Shown: positions 47,570 through 58,243, counted from the stretch's first letter. The stretch: 64,000 nt of DNA from Cyanophyceae cyanobacterium (GCA_050331735.1 JBHJGN010000021.1:940-64939), one strand, 5' to 3'. Numbers and translations are program-made. The notes: generated by a model from the letters alone, not told the origin.

Positions 47570-48352
47570 TTGAGCGATCAAAACAAAAAGACTTATCAAT
47601 CTGCCAGTATTGTTCGTTACTATACCCAACTAAAAAGGCTTCAGCCAGCAGAACAGGCCATACTCGCTCGTTTCAAAGAGCAACTCCCCTGCCTGAAGAT
47701 GTTAGATATTGGTGTAGGTGGAGGACGCACGACTCATCACTTTGCCCCCCTAGTCAGAGACTATACTGGGATCGATTACTCTGCTGAAATGGTTGCAGCT
47801 TGCCAGCAACGGTTTTCGCCATCTCCCTATTCTATGACTTTAGAAGTAGGGGATGCTAGAAACATGAAGCAATTTGCAGACAATACCTTTGACTTTGTTT
47901 TATTTAGCTTCAACGGCATTGACTACGTTTCTCACGGCGATCGCCTCCAAATTCTCCGAGAAATTCACCGAGTTGGCAAACCTGGTGGTTACTTCTTCTT
48001 TTCAAGCCATAATCTTCAGGGGATTGCTCAAGAGTTTGGCTACAGGACAAAAATTAGGTTAAATCCTTTTAAAAGCTATGTCAATCTTGTAATGCTAGCT
48101 TTACTGAAATTATTTAACCCGGCTATTAGCCGCGATCGTCTAGAAACCGCTGACTACTTAATAATTAAAGACGAACCCCACAACTTCCGACTTCTCAATT
48201 ACTATATTCGACCAACAGCACAAATTAACCAATTAGCATTAAACTTCAATAGCATTGAAGTCTATTCGTGGCAAAGCGGCAGAAGACTAGACATCAACGA
48301 GCTATCTACCAACACCGATATGTGGCTTTATTATCTCTGCGTTTTTAATTGA
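47570..48352 (+). CDS. Class I SAM-dependent methyltransferase
   Basis: 260 aa. Motif I is MLDIGVGGGRTT, followed by an acidic residue (GIDYS) and motif II FDFVLFSFNGI. It needs a TTG start, because the first ATG lies inside motif I. Confidence 0.7.
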   Translation: MSDQNKKTYQSASIVRYYTQLKRLQPAEQAILARFKEQLPCLKMLDIGVGGGRTTHHFAPLVRDYTGIDYSAEMVAACQQRFSPSPYSMTLEVGDARNMKQFADNTFDFVLFSFNGIDYVSHGDRLQILREIHRVGKPGGYFFFSSHNLQGIAQEFGYRTKIRLNPFKSYVNLVMLALLKLFNPAISRDRLETADYLIIKDEPHNFRLLNYYIRPTAQINQLALNFNSIEVYSWQSGRRLDINELSTNTDMWLYYLCVFN

Positions 48353-48635
48353 GGTCAATTTAAGGGCGATCGCTCTAAAGTTTTGCCAGATTTAATTTAC
48401 GGTCCAGGTCAACTACATTCTGTCTACAGCAAATACACATTTGTATCGAGAGCAAAAGAATTTAAAACCAAGTCGCCGAAACTACATCTATTCATAGGGA
48501 ACCAATTCACGCAGTATTTGGGTTCAGCAAAGGCTTTCAAGGGTATGTCAAGCGCCTTTCGCCGCACTCTTTATGAAGAAGAAACGATGAAAATAATATT
48601 GAAATATATCCCGACGGCAGATGGAGGTATGTACA

Positions 48636-48860
48636 ATGAAAAAACCTAATTTTCGGGCAATGAACCCAAAGGCTCTACAAGCCTATGTTTTGGCTCACCG
48701 AGATGACAAAGAAGCATTGTATGCCTACGTAGACAAACTGTACGCTGAGGCAAATTGGATTGAAATGCCCCCCTTAAAATTTCTAGAGGATTTGAACAAT
48801 TATCCTGAGTTTGTTGAGCATGTTCGTCATGGTACGGGGCTGGGAAATGATCCCGTCTAG
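48636..48860 (+). CDS. Small cyanobacterial protein, DUF6887-like
   Basis: ATG 48636 is preceded by GGAGG at 8 nt. MKKPNFRAMNPKALQAYVLAHRDDKEALYAY resembles the N-terminal pattern (…M..KELKAY.L.HRDD.EA…) of a small-protein family I recall as DUF6887. Confidence 0.5.
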   Translation: MKKPNFRAMNPKALQAYVLAHRDDKEALYAYVDKLYAEANWIEMPPLKFLEDLNNYPEFVEHVRHGTGLGNDPV

Positions 48861-48939
48861 CGGTTAGACAGAGCGGCAAGCGATCCGGGATTTTGGGTAG
48901 CTGGCGAAAAGCACATCACCGCTTGGCTCTGTCGTTATT

Positions 48940-51006
48940 TTAACGAATAGCCGTTGCTACTGGGACTAGTTGAGGCTGAGGCTTACGATAGCTGCTAGCA
49001 CCATTACTAGAGCCGTTTATGGGTGTATCAGCTTCCAAGGCAATTCTCCGAATCAGTCTTGCTGTTACCTTTTGTGCCAGCCTCTCCGCCACTTGGCGAC
49101 TCATCGTTTGTGTTTCTGGTTTGGCTAAAAGCTGGGGAACTAGCGATAGAAGCTGTTGAGTATCAAAGCCTGGAGTCTCCTGTAAGATTTCCCAAATATT
49201 ACTAAGATGCTCTAGACTCTTCGGATTGCTCTGTATCTCCGGAAGTTTCTTGTCAGACTTCAACCCAACCTGCTCTCGCACTGAGGAAGTTAGATTGTAT
49301 AAGGTTCTGCGTCCAAACAAATCAATTGCCTTCGCAATTTCGTCTACCAATCGCTCTCGGATAAAGGTTCCTCGCTCAGAAAACAAGAAATCTAATCCCT
49401 GATCCAACACCCGATCAAAATCGTAGTCTTGACTGCTGCGAGCGTTACGCAACAGATTCTCTAGACGATTCCAGCGGAAGCTACCGTCTTTAAAAAGCAG
49501 ATCGCGTAGAGAAGATCGCAGTTCTGGGGAGGGATCGGTTAGCAATCGTTTCGCTACGTAAGGATAAGCTTTACTCAAGACCTTAAAGTTAGGATCGATC
49601 CCGATGGCAATTCCTTCTAGGGTCACCATTGAGCGAATAATCAGAGCATAATAAGCAGGAACCCGAAAGGGAAACTCATACATAATTGCCGACATCTGAT
49701 CGGTGATGCTCTTAAAGTTGAGTTCGGCTACGCTCGCTCCCAAGGCATTGTTAAACACTCTTGCTAAAGCGGGAACGATCGGTCTTAGATCTGTCTCGGG
49801 CGTGAGAAAATCTAACTTAACGTAATCTCGCGACAGAGCTTCGTAATCTCGGTTAACCAGATGGACAACGGCTTCAATCAACCCATAGCGTTGATAGGGC
49901 TCGATATTGCTCATCATTCCGAAGTCAAGGTAGGCAAGCTTACCGTCATCGGTTGCCAACAGATTGCCAGGGTGAGGATCGGCATGAAAGAAGCCGTGTT
50001 CGAGTAACTGACGCAACGAACACTCTACCCCAATTTCCAGGAGATACCTAGCATCTATTCCTCGGGCTTGAATTGCTTCTATATCGGTTAACTTAACGCC
50101 ATTGATCCACTCCATCGTCAGCACCCGTCGCCCCGTATATTCCTGGTAAATCCGAGGCACGTAAACATCTTTGAGATGACCGTAGAGTTCCTTGAACTGC
50201 TCGGCATTGTGTCCTTCATGGTTGTAGTTCATCTCTTCAAAGACCCGGCCAGCCAGCTCATCCGTAATTGCCACTAAATCGGAGCGCACTTGCTTGATAC
50301 TGCTTTGCACCCAAGCGGCGAGCGTCCGCATGATGTAAATATCAAGCGTAATGCGATTAACGAGATCGGGACGCTGTACCTTGACAGCAACAGATTCCCC
50401 CGTTTTAAGCTTGCCTTTATAAACCTGGCCTAAAGAGGCAGCAGCAATGGGCTCTGGGGAAAGCTCAGCATAGACTTCTTGGGGAGGACTGCCTAGTTCT
50501 TCTTCAATGAGGCGATAGGCGATTTCATTGGGGAAAGAAGGGAGCTTATCTTGCAAATGAGCCAGTTCTTCTAGGTAGGCAGGAGGAACGAGATCTGGCC
50601 TAGTCGAGAGCGCCTGACCTACCTTGATATAGGTTGGTCCCAGCTTAGTCAAAATCTCCCGCAGTTGGCGGGCCCGCAGAAGCTCATTGCGCAGAGATTT
50701 GTTTCTCACTTTGTCCCACCACACGTTAAAAGCGAAGATAGCGAAGGGGACAATAATGGTGATTAAACGTCCAATCACCTGTAACGGACGCTTTTGATAG
50801 CGATCATCAATGGCATCTGGGTTATAGCGCCAATCAGTCTCGTCCCCTACCAAAGTGTCGTGGGGGTGAATGTCTGCTTCCTGGTCAGTGACAGGAAAGA
50901 TTTCTGGGGACTCTGGGGTAGTTGGTTGACGCATAGGAATAAATAAATTTAATGCCGAGACAAATCTCGTAAACAATTGTAACAATAGTTGTTCGGGATG
51001 CGACAT
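48940..51006 (-). CDS. ABC1/UbiB (AarF) family atypical kinase
   Basis: 688 aa. LGPTYIKVGQALSTRPDLVPPAYLEELAHLQDKLP, AAASLGQVYKG, and FFHADPHPGNLL…LDFGMM. Confidence 0.85.
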   Translation of the reverse strand: MSHPEQLLLQLFTRFVSALNLFIPMRQPTTPESPEIFPVTDQEADIHPHDTLVGDETDWRYNPDAIDDRYQKRPLQVIGRLITIIVPFAIFAFNVWWDKVRNKSLRNELLRARQLREILTKLGPTYIKVGQALSTRPDLVPPAYLEELAHLQDKLPSFPNEIAYRLIEEELGSPPQEVYAELSPEPIAAASLGQVYKGKLKTGESVAVKVQRPDLVNRITLDIYIMRTLAAWVQSSIKQVRSDLVAITDELAGRVFEEMNYNHEGHNAEQFKELYGHLKDVYVPRIYQEYTGRRVLTMEWINGVKLTDIEAIQARGIDARYLLEIGVECSLRQLLEHGFFHADPHPGNLLATDDGKLAYLDFGMMSNIEPYQRYGLIEAVVHLVNRDYEALSRDYVKLDFLTPETDLRPIVPALARVFNNALGASVAELNFKSITDQMSAIMYEFPFRVPAYYALIIRSMVTLEGIAIGIDPNFKVLSKAYPYVAKRLLTDPSPELRSSLRDLLFKDGSFRWNRLENLLRNARSSQDYDFDRVLDQGLDFLFSERGTFIRERLVDEIAKAIDLFGRRTLYNLTSSVREQVGLKSDKKLPEIQSNPKSLEHLSNIWEILQETPGFDTQQLLSLVPQLLAKPETQTMSRQVAERLAQKVTARLIRRIALEADTPINGSSNGASSYRKPQPQLVPVATAIR

Positions 51007-51082
51007 CCACCATTAGGCATTACCTTGCTGTACCGTTAAGTAAGTGGCTTTATCACAGCAGGTCTGTCTACCTGGGGGGACT

Positions 51083-52828
51083 ATGCTCTCTTGCGTACGA
51101 ATCGAAAATTTTGCTCTGGTTGACCAGCTAGAACTAGAGTTTGGGGCTGGACTGAATGTCTTAACTGGCGAAACGGGAGCTGGTAAGTCTATTATTCTCG
51201 ATGCCATTGACATTGCTTTGGGTGGAAAAGTCAACAGTCGCACGATTCGGACTGGCAGTCAGCGAGCCTTAATAGAAGCTACCTTTGCCTGCGATGCCGC
51301 CTTGGGCGTCTGGCTCCAGCAGCAAGAAATTGACCTGTTAGACGACGGCAGCGTAGTCTGTACCAGAGAAATAACGCTGAGCAAAAGTAGCGTGAGATCG
51401 CGATCGCGCGTCAACGGGGTTCTCGTCAATCGTCAGTTAATGGCACGGTTGCGCGATCGTCTGGTAGAAATTACCGCCCAGGGTCAAACCGTTCAGCTCC
51501 TGATTCCCGAACGCCAGCGGCAGCTATTAGACCTCTATGGCGGTCATGAGCTGTTGCAGCAGCGCCAAAAAGTCGCCGCTGCCTTTGAAGCCAGCCAACA
51601 GGCAAAGCAGGCGCTGGAGAAGCGCCGTCAATCTGAACAGCAGCGGCTTCAGCGGCAGGATCTCTTACAGTATCAAATTAAAGAACTCTCAGAAGCCGGA
51701 CTCACCGACGAACGTGAACTAGAGGAGCTGGAGCAAGAACGCGATCGCCTCAGCCACGTTGTTGAGCTTCAACAGCTCAGCTATCAGGTGTATCAACTCC
51801 TCTACCAAAACGAAACCGGAGAATTGGCGGCTGCCGATCTGATCGGGCAAGCAGAGGCGCACCTCATTGATATGACCAACTACGATAAAGAGCTAGAATC
51901 GGCACTAGAAATGGTGCGAGGAGCCCTAACGCACGTGGTGGAAGCCGGACGAGAAATTCAAGCCTATGGGGAAGGACTAGAAACCGACCCCGAAAGGCTA
52001 GAGGAAGTCGAAGCGAGAATCCGCACTCTCAAGCAGATTTGTCGCAAGTACGGACCGGATTTGGCGGAGGCAATTTTTTTCTACCGCCAGCTCAAAGCAG
52101 AACTCGACGAACTCACCGACAGCGGGCAGTCTCTGGAGATACTAGAGCAGCAGTGTCGGGCCGCTCAGGAGACTTTGATCGCGAAGAGTAAAAAATTGAC
52201 CAAGCTGCGCCAACAGGCAGCCAAGCAGCTCGAACAGCAGCTAGTGGCCGAGCTGAAGCCTCTGGCAATGGAAAAGGTGCTCTTTGAATGCCGGATTACC
52301 CCAGCAATAGAGAGTGCTGCTGGAGCCGATCGCGTGGTTTACTACTTCAGTCCTAACCCAGGAGAAGCAGTCCAGCCGCTCGCCGATACCGCCTCCGGTG
52401 GAGAAATGAGCCGCTTCCTACTGGCGCTCAAAGCCTGTTTTTCTGCAGCCGGAGCCGAAACGCTCATTTTTGACGAAATCGACGTTGGGGTATCGGGAAA
52501 AGTCGCTCAGGCGATCGCCGATAAGCTGCACCAACTCAGCCACCATCATCAGGTTCTCTGCGTGACTCACCAACCCCTGGTGGCAGCGATGGCAGATCAT
52601 CACTTCCAGGTGAATAAGCAAACTGTGGAAGCGCCGGTATCGGATCAAAACGGAGGCTCTCCCCCCCCAGAAATGCGCACCGTCGTGAGAATTACCCCGC
52701 TAAAGAATCATTCGTCGCGACGGGACGAACTCGCTCAACTGACCGGAGGGCATTCGGCGCAAGAAGCGATCGCCTTTGCCGAGTCTTTACTCGCTAAAGC
52801 CGCCGTGTATCGACAAGCTCAGCAATAA
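51083..52828 (+). CDS. recN: DNA repair protein RecN
   Basis: MLSCVRIENFALVDQLELEFGAGLNVLTGETGAGKSIILDAI (Walker A), a long coiled coil, and C-terminal SGGEMSRFLLALK / LIFDEIDVGVSG. I prefer ATG 51083 over the upstream track start at 51044. Confidence 0.93.
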   Translation: MLSCVRIENFALVDQLELEFGAGLNVLTGETGAGKSIILDAIDIALGGKVNSRTIRTGSQRALIEATFACDAALGVWLQQQEIDLLDDGSVVCTREITLSKSSVRSRSRVNGVLVNRQLMARLRDRLVEITAQGQTVQLLIPERQRQLLDLYGGHELLQQRQKVAAAFEASQQAKQALEKRRQSEQQRLQRQDLLQYQIKELSEAGLTDERELEELEQERDRLSHVVELQQLSYQVYQLLYQNETGELAAADLIGQAEAHLIDMTNYDKELESALEMVRGALTHVVEAGREIQAYGEGLETDPERLEEVEARIRTLKQICRKYGPDLAEAIFFYRQLKAELDELTDSGQSLEILEQQCRAAQETLIAKSKKLTKLRQQAAKQLEQQLVAELKPLAMEKVLFECRITPAIESAAGADRVVYYFSPNPGEAVQPLADTASGGEMSRFLLALKACFSAAGAETLIFDEIDVGVSGKVAQAIADKLHQLSHHHQVLCVTHQPLVAAMADHHFQVNKQTVEAPVSDQNGGSPPPEMRTVVRITPLKNHSSRRDELAQLTGGHSAQEAIAFAESLLAKAAVYRQAQQ

Positions 52829-52829
52829 G

Positions 52830-53504
52830 TTAGCTCCGAAACAGCCGGGTATACTGAGTTTCGTGAGCCATACTGGCCAGGGCTAGTCCCCAACCGCAGC
52901 TACTTAACTCGTTATCTTCAAGTACGCTCACTGCTGCGGCTGTCTCGATTAACAGCGCTTGCAGATTGAGCAATATCCTTTGTCCAGCGGTTTGTCCAAT
53001 GGGGATCGTTTTCACTCCAGCACCAATCAAGTTAGAGACCCAGCTCTGCAAATAGGCGATCGCTGCTGCCTGAGAGCTGATTTGCCAATGGGCAGCAGCT
53101 AGGCCAAACGCTACAGCATAGTTACAAGGAGAAATCGATGTCATCAGTCGTAGCTGAGGCTGTAGACTGCTGAATAATTTCAGCAAAGCACCGCCCATTT
53201 GCCAACTTTGCTGTCGCAGTTCCTGGGTTTCTCTCGCGGCAGAAAGCCAAGCATTCCAACCTGCTAAAGCCTCTAAATCTCCCCGCGCAAAGCTCTGTTG
53301 CGCCCGCAGCATCACGGCCACCTCGATCCGAATCGCACCATAGCGAAGTTCTTGCTCGATCCAGGTTTGGAGTGTCGCATCACACTGAACCGTTCCCCGT
53401 TCTACCAACGCCTCCAAGCCTTCAGAATAGCTATAAGCCCCCACTGGCAAGGCCGGACTTGCTAACTGCAATAGAAATAGAAGCGTCGCTTCATCAACAA
53501 TCAT
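52830..53504 (-). CDS. ureF: Urease accessory protein UreF
   Basis: 224 aa. [21 protein letters not shown] is the hallmark UreF N-terminal motif. It lies downstream of ureE on the same strand. Confidence 0.85.
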   Translation of the reverse strand: MIVDEATLLFLLQLASPALPVGAYSYSEGLEALVERGTVQCDATLQTWIEQELRYGAIRIEVAVMLRAQQSFARGDLEALAGWNAWLSAARETQELRQQSWQMGGALLKLFSSLQPQLRLMTSISPCNYAVAFGLAAAHWQISSQAAAIAYLQSWVSNLIGAGVKTIPIGQTAGQRILLNLQALLIETAAAVSVLEDNELSSCGWGLALASMAHETQYTRLFRS

Positions 53505-53617
53505 GCTCAGTCATTTCAGGAGGAAGAAAAAACTAACAATCTGCTGACCTACCCTTTTGGGGCAAGACGTGATGTGCAGCTTTGCAGGAGGAAAGAATTG
53601 CCAGTGCCAGTTTCTAG

Positions 53618-54052
53618 TTAATGGGAGTGGTAGGCTCCTGGCTCTGGATGGAAAGGCACCACTTCTTCTTTTACCCGTACATCTAGCTGCTCTAGCATTT
53701 TTTTTAACACCAAATCCCTCGATAAACGGAGGTAAGTCGGCGCAATTTCCAAAGAAACGTGACGATTGCCGAGATGATAAGCTGTCCGCAGCAGGTTGAG
53801 GGGAGATGCTGTGACAGTGAGGACAGGCTCAGGCTTAGCCACGATTTTGACCCGTTCTCCGGTTTCTGCTCGGAGGATATCTCCATTTTGCAACACGGTT
53901 CCCCGAGGTAAACGCAAAAGAATGACCTGATGATGATTAGTTTCAAATCGTCTGCGGCTGTAGGTTCTTTCGTCCGCAGTCAACGCAAGCGTCAAGCTCG
54001 CCTCTTCATCACTGGTTTTGTCATCAATTAATTGAGTCAGAGTCAGCATCAC
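53618..54052 (-). CDS. ureE: Urease accessory protein UreE (no His-rich tail)
   Basis: 144 aa. [15 protein letters not shown]…[16 protein letters not shown]…[13 protein letters not shown] matches UreE. The C-terminus ends in only …GAYHSH. Confidence 0.8.
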   Translation of the reverse strand: MMLTLTQLIDDKTSDEEASLTLALTADERTYSRRRFETNHHQVILLRLPRGTVLQNGDILRAETGERVKIVAKPEPVLTVTASPLNLLRTAYHLGNRHVSLEIAPTYLRLSRDLVLKKMLEQLDVRVKEEVVPFHPEPGAYHSH

Positions 54053-54074
54053 TGAAGCTGATTCACGAGGGAAC

Positions 54075-54575
54075 TTAACGTTGTTGAATCTCGATCATAG
54101 CGTTTTGAATTCGTGACTCCAAGCTGTTGTTGGATTGGGCCCTTCGCGTGATTTCGTTAAATTGAGCAACGCTTAATCCTGCGCTTTCGACAATTTGCTT
54201 AGACGTTCTACAGTATTTCTGGGCAACGGTTTGGGCATCGTCCGGTAAACTGCTGTAGCTACTCGGTTGATTACAGACAATATTGGGCGGCTGACGACCA
54301 ATGATTTGGGTGATATCCTCAAAAGCTTGTTGACGATGGGGCTCTATGCTGAGAACCGCTTGAGCGTACTGCTCTACCTGTTGTTCGCTGTACTCCTGAG
54401 CATAAGCTACATCGCTAGCCGGATTGTCCGAAAAGAGCAAACTCACTTCGGGAGGAAGACCAATTAAAATACCCGTTGCTGCCAAGGTCAAGGATGTCAA
54501 AGGACGAGGAAGTATTTTCGGTAAAAATAGCAAGTAATGCCGAATCGATGGTGAAATCATTGGCGCTAACCGCAA
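54075..54575 (-). CDS. DUF4168-like secreted protein
   Basis: 166 aa with an N-terminal signal/TM. Duplicated helical motifs occur ([23 protein letters not shown]… and [33 protein letters not shown]), as in DUF4168 proteins. From recollection. Confidence 0.55.
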   Translation of the reverse strand: MRLAPMISPSIRHYLLFLPKILPRPLTSLTLAATGILIGLPPEVSLLFSDNPASDVAYAQEYSEQQVEQYAQAVLSIEPHRQQAFEDITQIIGRQPPNIVCNQPSSYSSLPDDAQTVAQKYCRTSKQIVESAGLSVAQFNEITRRAQSNNSLESRIQNAMIEIQQR

Positions 54576-54720
54576 ATTTGAACTCTAAAGAGAAGATAAT
54601 TACTATAGTTGAACTGTTTTTAGCCGGAGAAGTTCCTGGCTGCCAAAAAAAGCACGAGCAGTACCCGGGCTCGTAACCCAGATTCAGAATACGCTAGGTT
54701 AGAAAAAAATTCTGCAAAAT

Positions 54721-55629
54721 ATGAGCAAGGTGTCTCACTCTAATTCGGTATCGAAGCCAGACTCGGCGTTCGTGCATGTTCCAGTGCTGAGTCGAGAATT
54801 GATTGAAGGTCTCAACATTCGTTCGGGAGGTCACTATTTAGACGCTACGGTTGGCGGTGGCGGTCATAGTCAACTAATTTTGGAGCAGGCTGATGTTTAC
54901 GTTACCGCCATTGATAGAGATGACCAAGCGATCGCCGCCGCTACCGCGACTCTAGCAGAATATGTTCCCCAACGCCTAGAGTTTTGGCGGGGGAACTTCG
55001 CCGACTATTGCTGCCCTAGCGATGCTTGCTTTTCTAAGTTTGACGGAATCATTGCTGATTTGGGAGTCAGTTCCGCTCAGTTAGATATTCCTGAACGAGG
55101 ATTTAGCTTTCGGCATTCCGCCCCACTGGATATGCGGATGGATCGCAACCAATTGTTAACTGCCGCAGAGATTGTTAACCAGCGCAACGAACGAGAATTG
55201 GCAGATATTTTCTACCATTATGGAGAAGAACGCTTATCTCGACGCATCGCCAAAAGTATCGTGCAAAAACGACCATTGCAAACCACCACACAGCTAGCTG
55301 AGGTCATCTATCGAAGTGTTCCCAGCCGGTATCGCCACGGCAGAATTCATCCGGCAACTCGCGTCTTTCAAGCTCTCCGCATTGCGGTGAACGAGGAACT
55401 TCAGTCCCTAGAACGCTTCTTGCACCAAGCACCAACCTGGCTCAAACGTGGTGGCCGGATTGGGATTATCAGTTTTCATAGTCTCGAAGATCGTCTGGTA
55501 AAACAGGCTTTCCGCAACTGTGATTGCCTTGAGGTCGTCACCAAAAAGCCCATTATTCCTCAAGCTGAAGAACCGGCAAAAAACCCGCGTTCTCGTTCAG
55601 CTAAACTGAGAATTGCTCAGCGAATTTGA
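54721..55629 (+). CDS. rsmH: 16S rRNA (cytosine1402-N4)-methyltransferase
   Basis: 302 aa. HVPVL…[12 protein letters not shown]…[10 protein letters not shown]…RGFSF…LDMRMD…SFHSLEDR…[10 protein letters not shown]. Confidence 0.95.
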   Translation: MSKVSHSNSVSKPDSAFVHVPVLSRELIEGLNIRSGGHYLDATVGGGGHSQLILEQADVYVTAIDRDDQAIAAATATLAEYVPQRLEFWRGNFADYCCPSDACFSKFDGIIADLGVSSAQLDIPERGFSFRHSAPLDMRMDRNQLLTAAEIVNQRNERELADIFYHYGEERLSRRIAKSIVQKRPLQTTTQLAEVIYRSVPSRYRHGRIHPATRVFQALRIAVNEELQSLERFLHQAPTWLKRGGRIGIISFHSLEDRLVKQAFRNCDCLEVVTKKPIIPQAEEPAKNPRSRSAKLRIAQRI

Positions 55630-55812
55630 AGAGCATCCATCGTTATCCATCGTTAAGAGGATGTGTAAAGACCAAGTTCCCTGATATTCCTACAAAGGAT
55701 AGATTGAGGCTCAGCACCAGACAGACTCGCCCCCAGTTATACGGTATTCAGCACTGGTGAGGAAAACCGAAAACGATGGCTTAACTTTTGCTATTTATAT
55801 CAATTGCTAATT

Positions 55813-56526
55813 ATGGATAAAATTCATGTTGCTTTAATAGAAGACCACGATCTTACTCGCATTGGGCTGCGAACGGCACTGCAACAGCGCGACGACATTA
55901 AGTTAGTTGGCGAAGCGGCGAATGGCTTTGATGGCTTGCAGTTGTTAAAGCAATTTCTTCCTGATGTGGCAATTGTCGATATTGGCTTACCCGATACTGA
56001 CGGCATTGCCCTGACGAGAAAGTTCAAAGAATTTCAGACAACTGACGGCAACACGCTCACCAAAGTTTTAATCCTCACTCTGCAAGATAACGAAGAATTA
56101 GTGTTAGCGGCTTTTGCAGCCGGGGCCGACTCCTACTGCATGAAAGATACTAGCTTTAGTATGTTGCTAGAGGCGATTAGGACAACGAAAGAAGGAAACT
56201 CCTGGATTGATCCGGCGATCGCGCGGATTGTCCTGGCACAAGCGACTAAATCTGAGGTGGAAGCAGAGCCCTCTAGCAATACGGTAGAAATTACGGCCAC
56301 CGATCCCGAATACAGTCAAATTATTGAAGCCTATCCTCTGACTGAGCGAGAGTTAGAGGTGCTACAGCTAATTGTTGACGGCTATAGCAATGCTGACATC
56401 GCCAATAAACTATACATTACAGTGGGCACCGTTAAAACTCACGTCCGCAATATCCTTAATAAGCTGTGTGCCGATGACCGGACCCAAGCCGCCGTGCGAG
56501 CCCTGCGGGCCGGGTTAATTGGCTAA
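55813..56526 (+). CDS. NarL/FixJ (LuxR-type HTH) family response regulator
   Basis: The receiver has IHVALIEDHDL…PDVAIVDIGLPDTDG. The C-terminus is LTERELEVLQLIVDGYSNADIANKLYITVGTVKTHVRNILNKL. I call ATG 55813. Confidence 0.9.
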   Translation: MDKIHVALIEDHDLTRIGLRTALQQRDDIKLVGEAANGFDGLQLLKQFLPDVAIVDIGLPDTDGIALTRKFKEFQTTDGNTLTKVLILTLQDNEELVLAAFAAGADSYCMKDTSFSMLLEAIRTTKEGNSWIDPAIARIVLAQATKSEVEAEPSSNTVEITATDPEYSQIIEAYPLTERELEVLQLIVDGYSNADIANKLYITVGTVKTHVRNILNKLCADDRTQAAVRALRAGLIG

Positions 56527-56615
56527 TTTCGAGACCGACCTCGGCTAAGTGTAACTGAAGTTTCGATAGGCTTTAGGAGGCCGATCGTTCCAACCTAATT
56601 GCAAGAGCTGTGGTG

Positions 56616-57056
56616 CTAACCGCTGCTGTGATCGCGCAGCTCGATCAGCTCTTGGGGAGAAGCGAGGAGTTTAATGCGGACATACACAATCTGCTGACTG
56701 AGGTTACCTGTCGTAGAAACGGCATTGGAGAGAGAGCTGAGAATAAACTGCCAGGAAACGTTAACGCCGAATAGGGCCGTTTGCACCTTGCCCCCAACCT
56801 GAACCTGAGTCTGTCCGTTCTTAAGCTGCTCAGCGTCTCCTTCGCGAGGCTCTAATCTCATTTCCTTCGCTTCCGACTTGAGAAAAGTGGCGATCGCTTC
56901 TCGACCCACAATCGGAGATTCAAACGGCGGCTGCATGGCTCCTTCCTCCGTAAACAAATCGGCAGTTGCTGTAAAATCACCGGCATTAAGGGTTTGAAAA
57001 TATTGCAGAACGGCAACGTGTTCAACGCCCGGAATCGAAAAGTCAGCTTTGGCCAC
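56616..57056 (-). CDS. NTF2-fold protein homologous to the C-terminal domain of the orange carotenoid protein (CTDH-type)
   Basis: 146 aa. LQYFQTLNAGDF…GAMQPPFESPIVGREAIATFLKSEAKEMRLEPREG…GGKVQTALFGVNVSWQFIL…LLASPQELIEL parallels the OCP CTD as I recall it (…LQPPFQRPIVGKENVLRFFREECQNLKLIPERG…GKVQTPWFG…NIAWRFLL…LLASPKELL). Confidence 0.7.
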   Translation of the reverse strand: MAKADFSIPGVEHVAVLQYFQTLNAGDFTATADLFTEEGAMQPPFESPIVGREAIATFLKSEAKEMRLEPREGDAEQLKNGQTQVQVGGKVQTALFGVNVSWQFILSSLSNAVSTTGNLSQQIVYVRIKLLASPQELIELRDHSSG

Positions 57057-57171
57057 AATACCCCCAAGTTAAAATTGAAATTAATATAGCATTCACGCTC
57101 ATAAAATATACTCATTAGCCGACTTTTTTTGATCGTTTTCGCTATTACTAGTCGATTACTATTGCGCTTCA

Positions 57172-58104
57172 ATGAAGTTAGACATCAACAGCGCCCAGGT
57201 CAAAGAGAAAGCCCTCTCTTTAGGATTTCACCAAGTAGGCATTGCCTCCACTAGTGCAGCATCAGCAGATCTCGCCACAGCTCATCTGCAAGCCTGGTTA
57301 GCTTTGGGCTACCACGCCGATATGGAGTGGATGAAAAACCCCAAGCGCTTTGATATCCAAGCCTGCATGCCGGGAGTACAATCAGTCATTTGTGTCGCGC
57401 TCAACTACTACACTCCTCATCAACGCCCAGAAGGAAAAGAATATGCCAAGATTTCTCGCTACGGATGGGGGCGAGACTATCACAAAGTCATGCTGAAAAA
57501 GCTCAAGGCCTTAACGCATTGGCTCCAGCAAGGAAACGGTATTCAAGCTCGCTATTATGCGGACACGGGTCCGGTGCAAGATAAGGCGTGGGCGCAGCGA
57601 GCCGGACTAGGCTGGATTGCTAAAAACGGGAATCTGATTACGCGCCAGTATGGTAGCTGGGTATTTTTGGGAGAAGTATTGACCAACATCGCCTTAACGC
57701 CAGATCGCCCGCACACAGAACACTGTGGAACCTGTACGCGCTGTATCGAGGCCTGTCCGACCGAGGCGATCGCTCAACCATTTGTTGTGGATGCCAATCG
57801 CTGCCTTGCTTATCACACCATCGAAAACCGTGGCGAAATACCGATGGAAATTGCTGCTCACCTACAGGGATGGGTTGCTGGCTGCGATATTTGTCAAGAT
57901 GTTTGTCCGTGGAATCAACGATTTGCCAAAGAGACAGACATCGCTGAATTTCAACCCTACCCAGGCAACGTAGCGCCCAAGCTCGTTGAACTAGCGCAAA
58001 TGTCAGATCGAGATTGGGATCAACGCTTTCCTGCCTCTGCTTTAAGAAGAATTAAACCAGCAATGTTTCGCCGCAATGCTCGTGCTAGTCTAGATCAAGA
58101 ATGA
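57172..58104 (+). CDS. queG: Epoxyqueuosine reductase
   Basis: 310 aa. It has two 4Fe-4S motifs, CGTCTRCIEACPT and CDICQDVCPWN, plus KISRYGWGRDYH and the GLGWIAKNGNLIT block. Confidence 0.9.
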   Translation: MKLDINSAQVKEKALSLGFHQVGIASTSAASADLATAHLQAWLALGYHADMEWMKNPKRFDIQACMPGVQSVICVALNYYTPHQRPEGKEYAKISRYGWGRDYHKVMLKKLKALTHWLQQGNGIQARYYADTGPVQDKAWAQRAGLGWIAKNGNLITRQYGSWVFLGEVLTNIALTPDRPHTEHCGTCTRCIEACPTEAIAQPFVVDANRCLAYHTIENRGEIPMEIAAHLQGWVAGCDICQDVCPWNQRFAKETDIAEFQPYPGNVAPKLVELAQMSDRDWDQRFPASALRRIKPAMFRRNARASLDQE

Positions 58105-58243
58105 GTATAGTGGCTCAATCCCGTTAGTTAATTGAGGAGAGCGATCGCTCTTCTGACAATTCTCTTCTGGAGAAGAACGGAGTCTGCTGAACGTTCTCCG
58201 TTTTCGTCTTAATGACTCCTCACCAATCAGTTTATAAATAGCA

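Noticed and set aside
48383-48649. 88-aa TTG-initiated ORF upstream of the DUF6887-like gene (possible partner small protein)
   Set aside because: It has no recognisable family, needs a non-ATG start, has no RBS, and overlaps the better-supported downstream start. I left it uncalled; a homology search could revive it.
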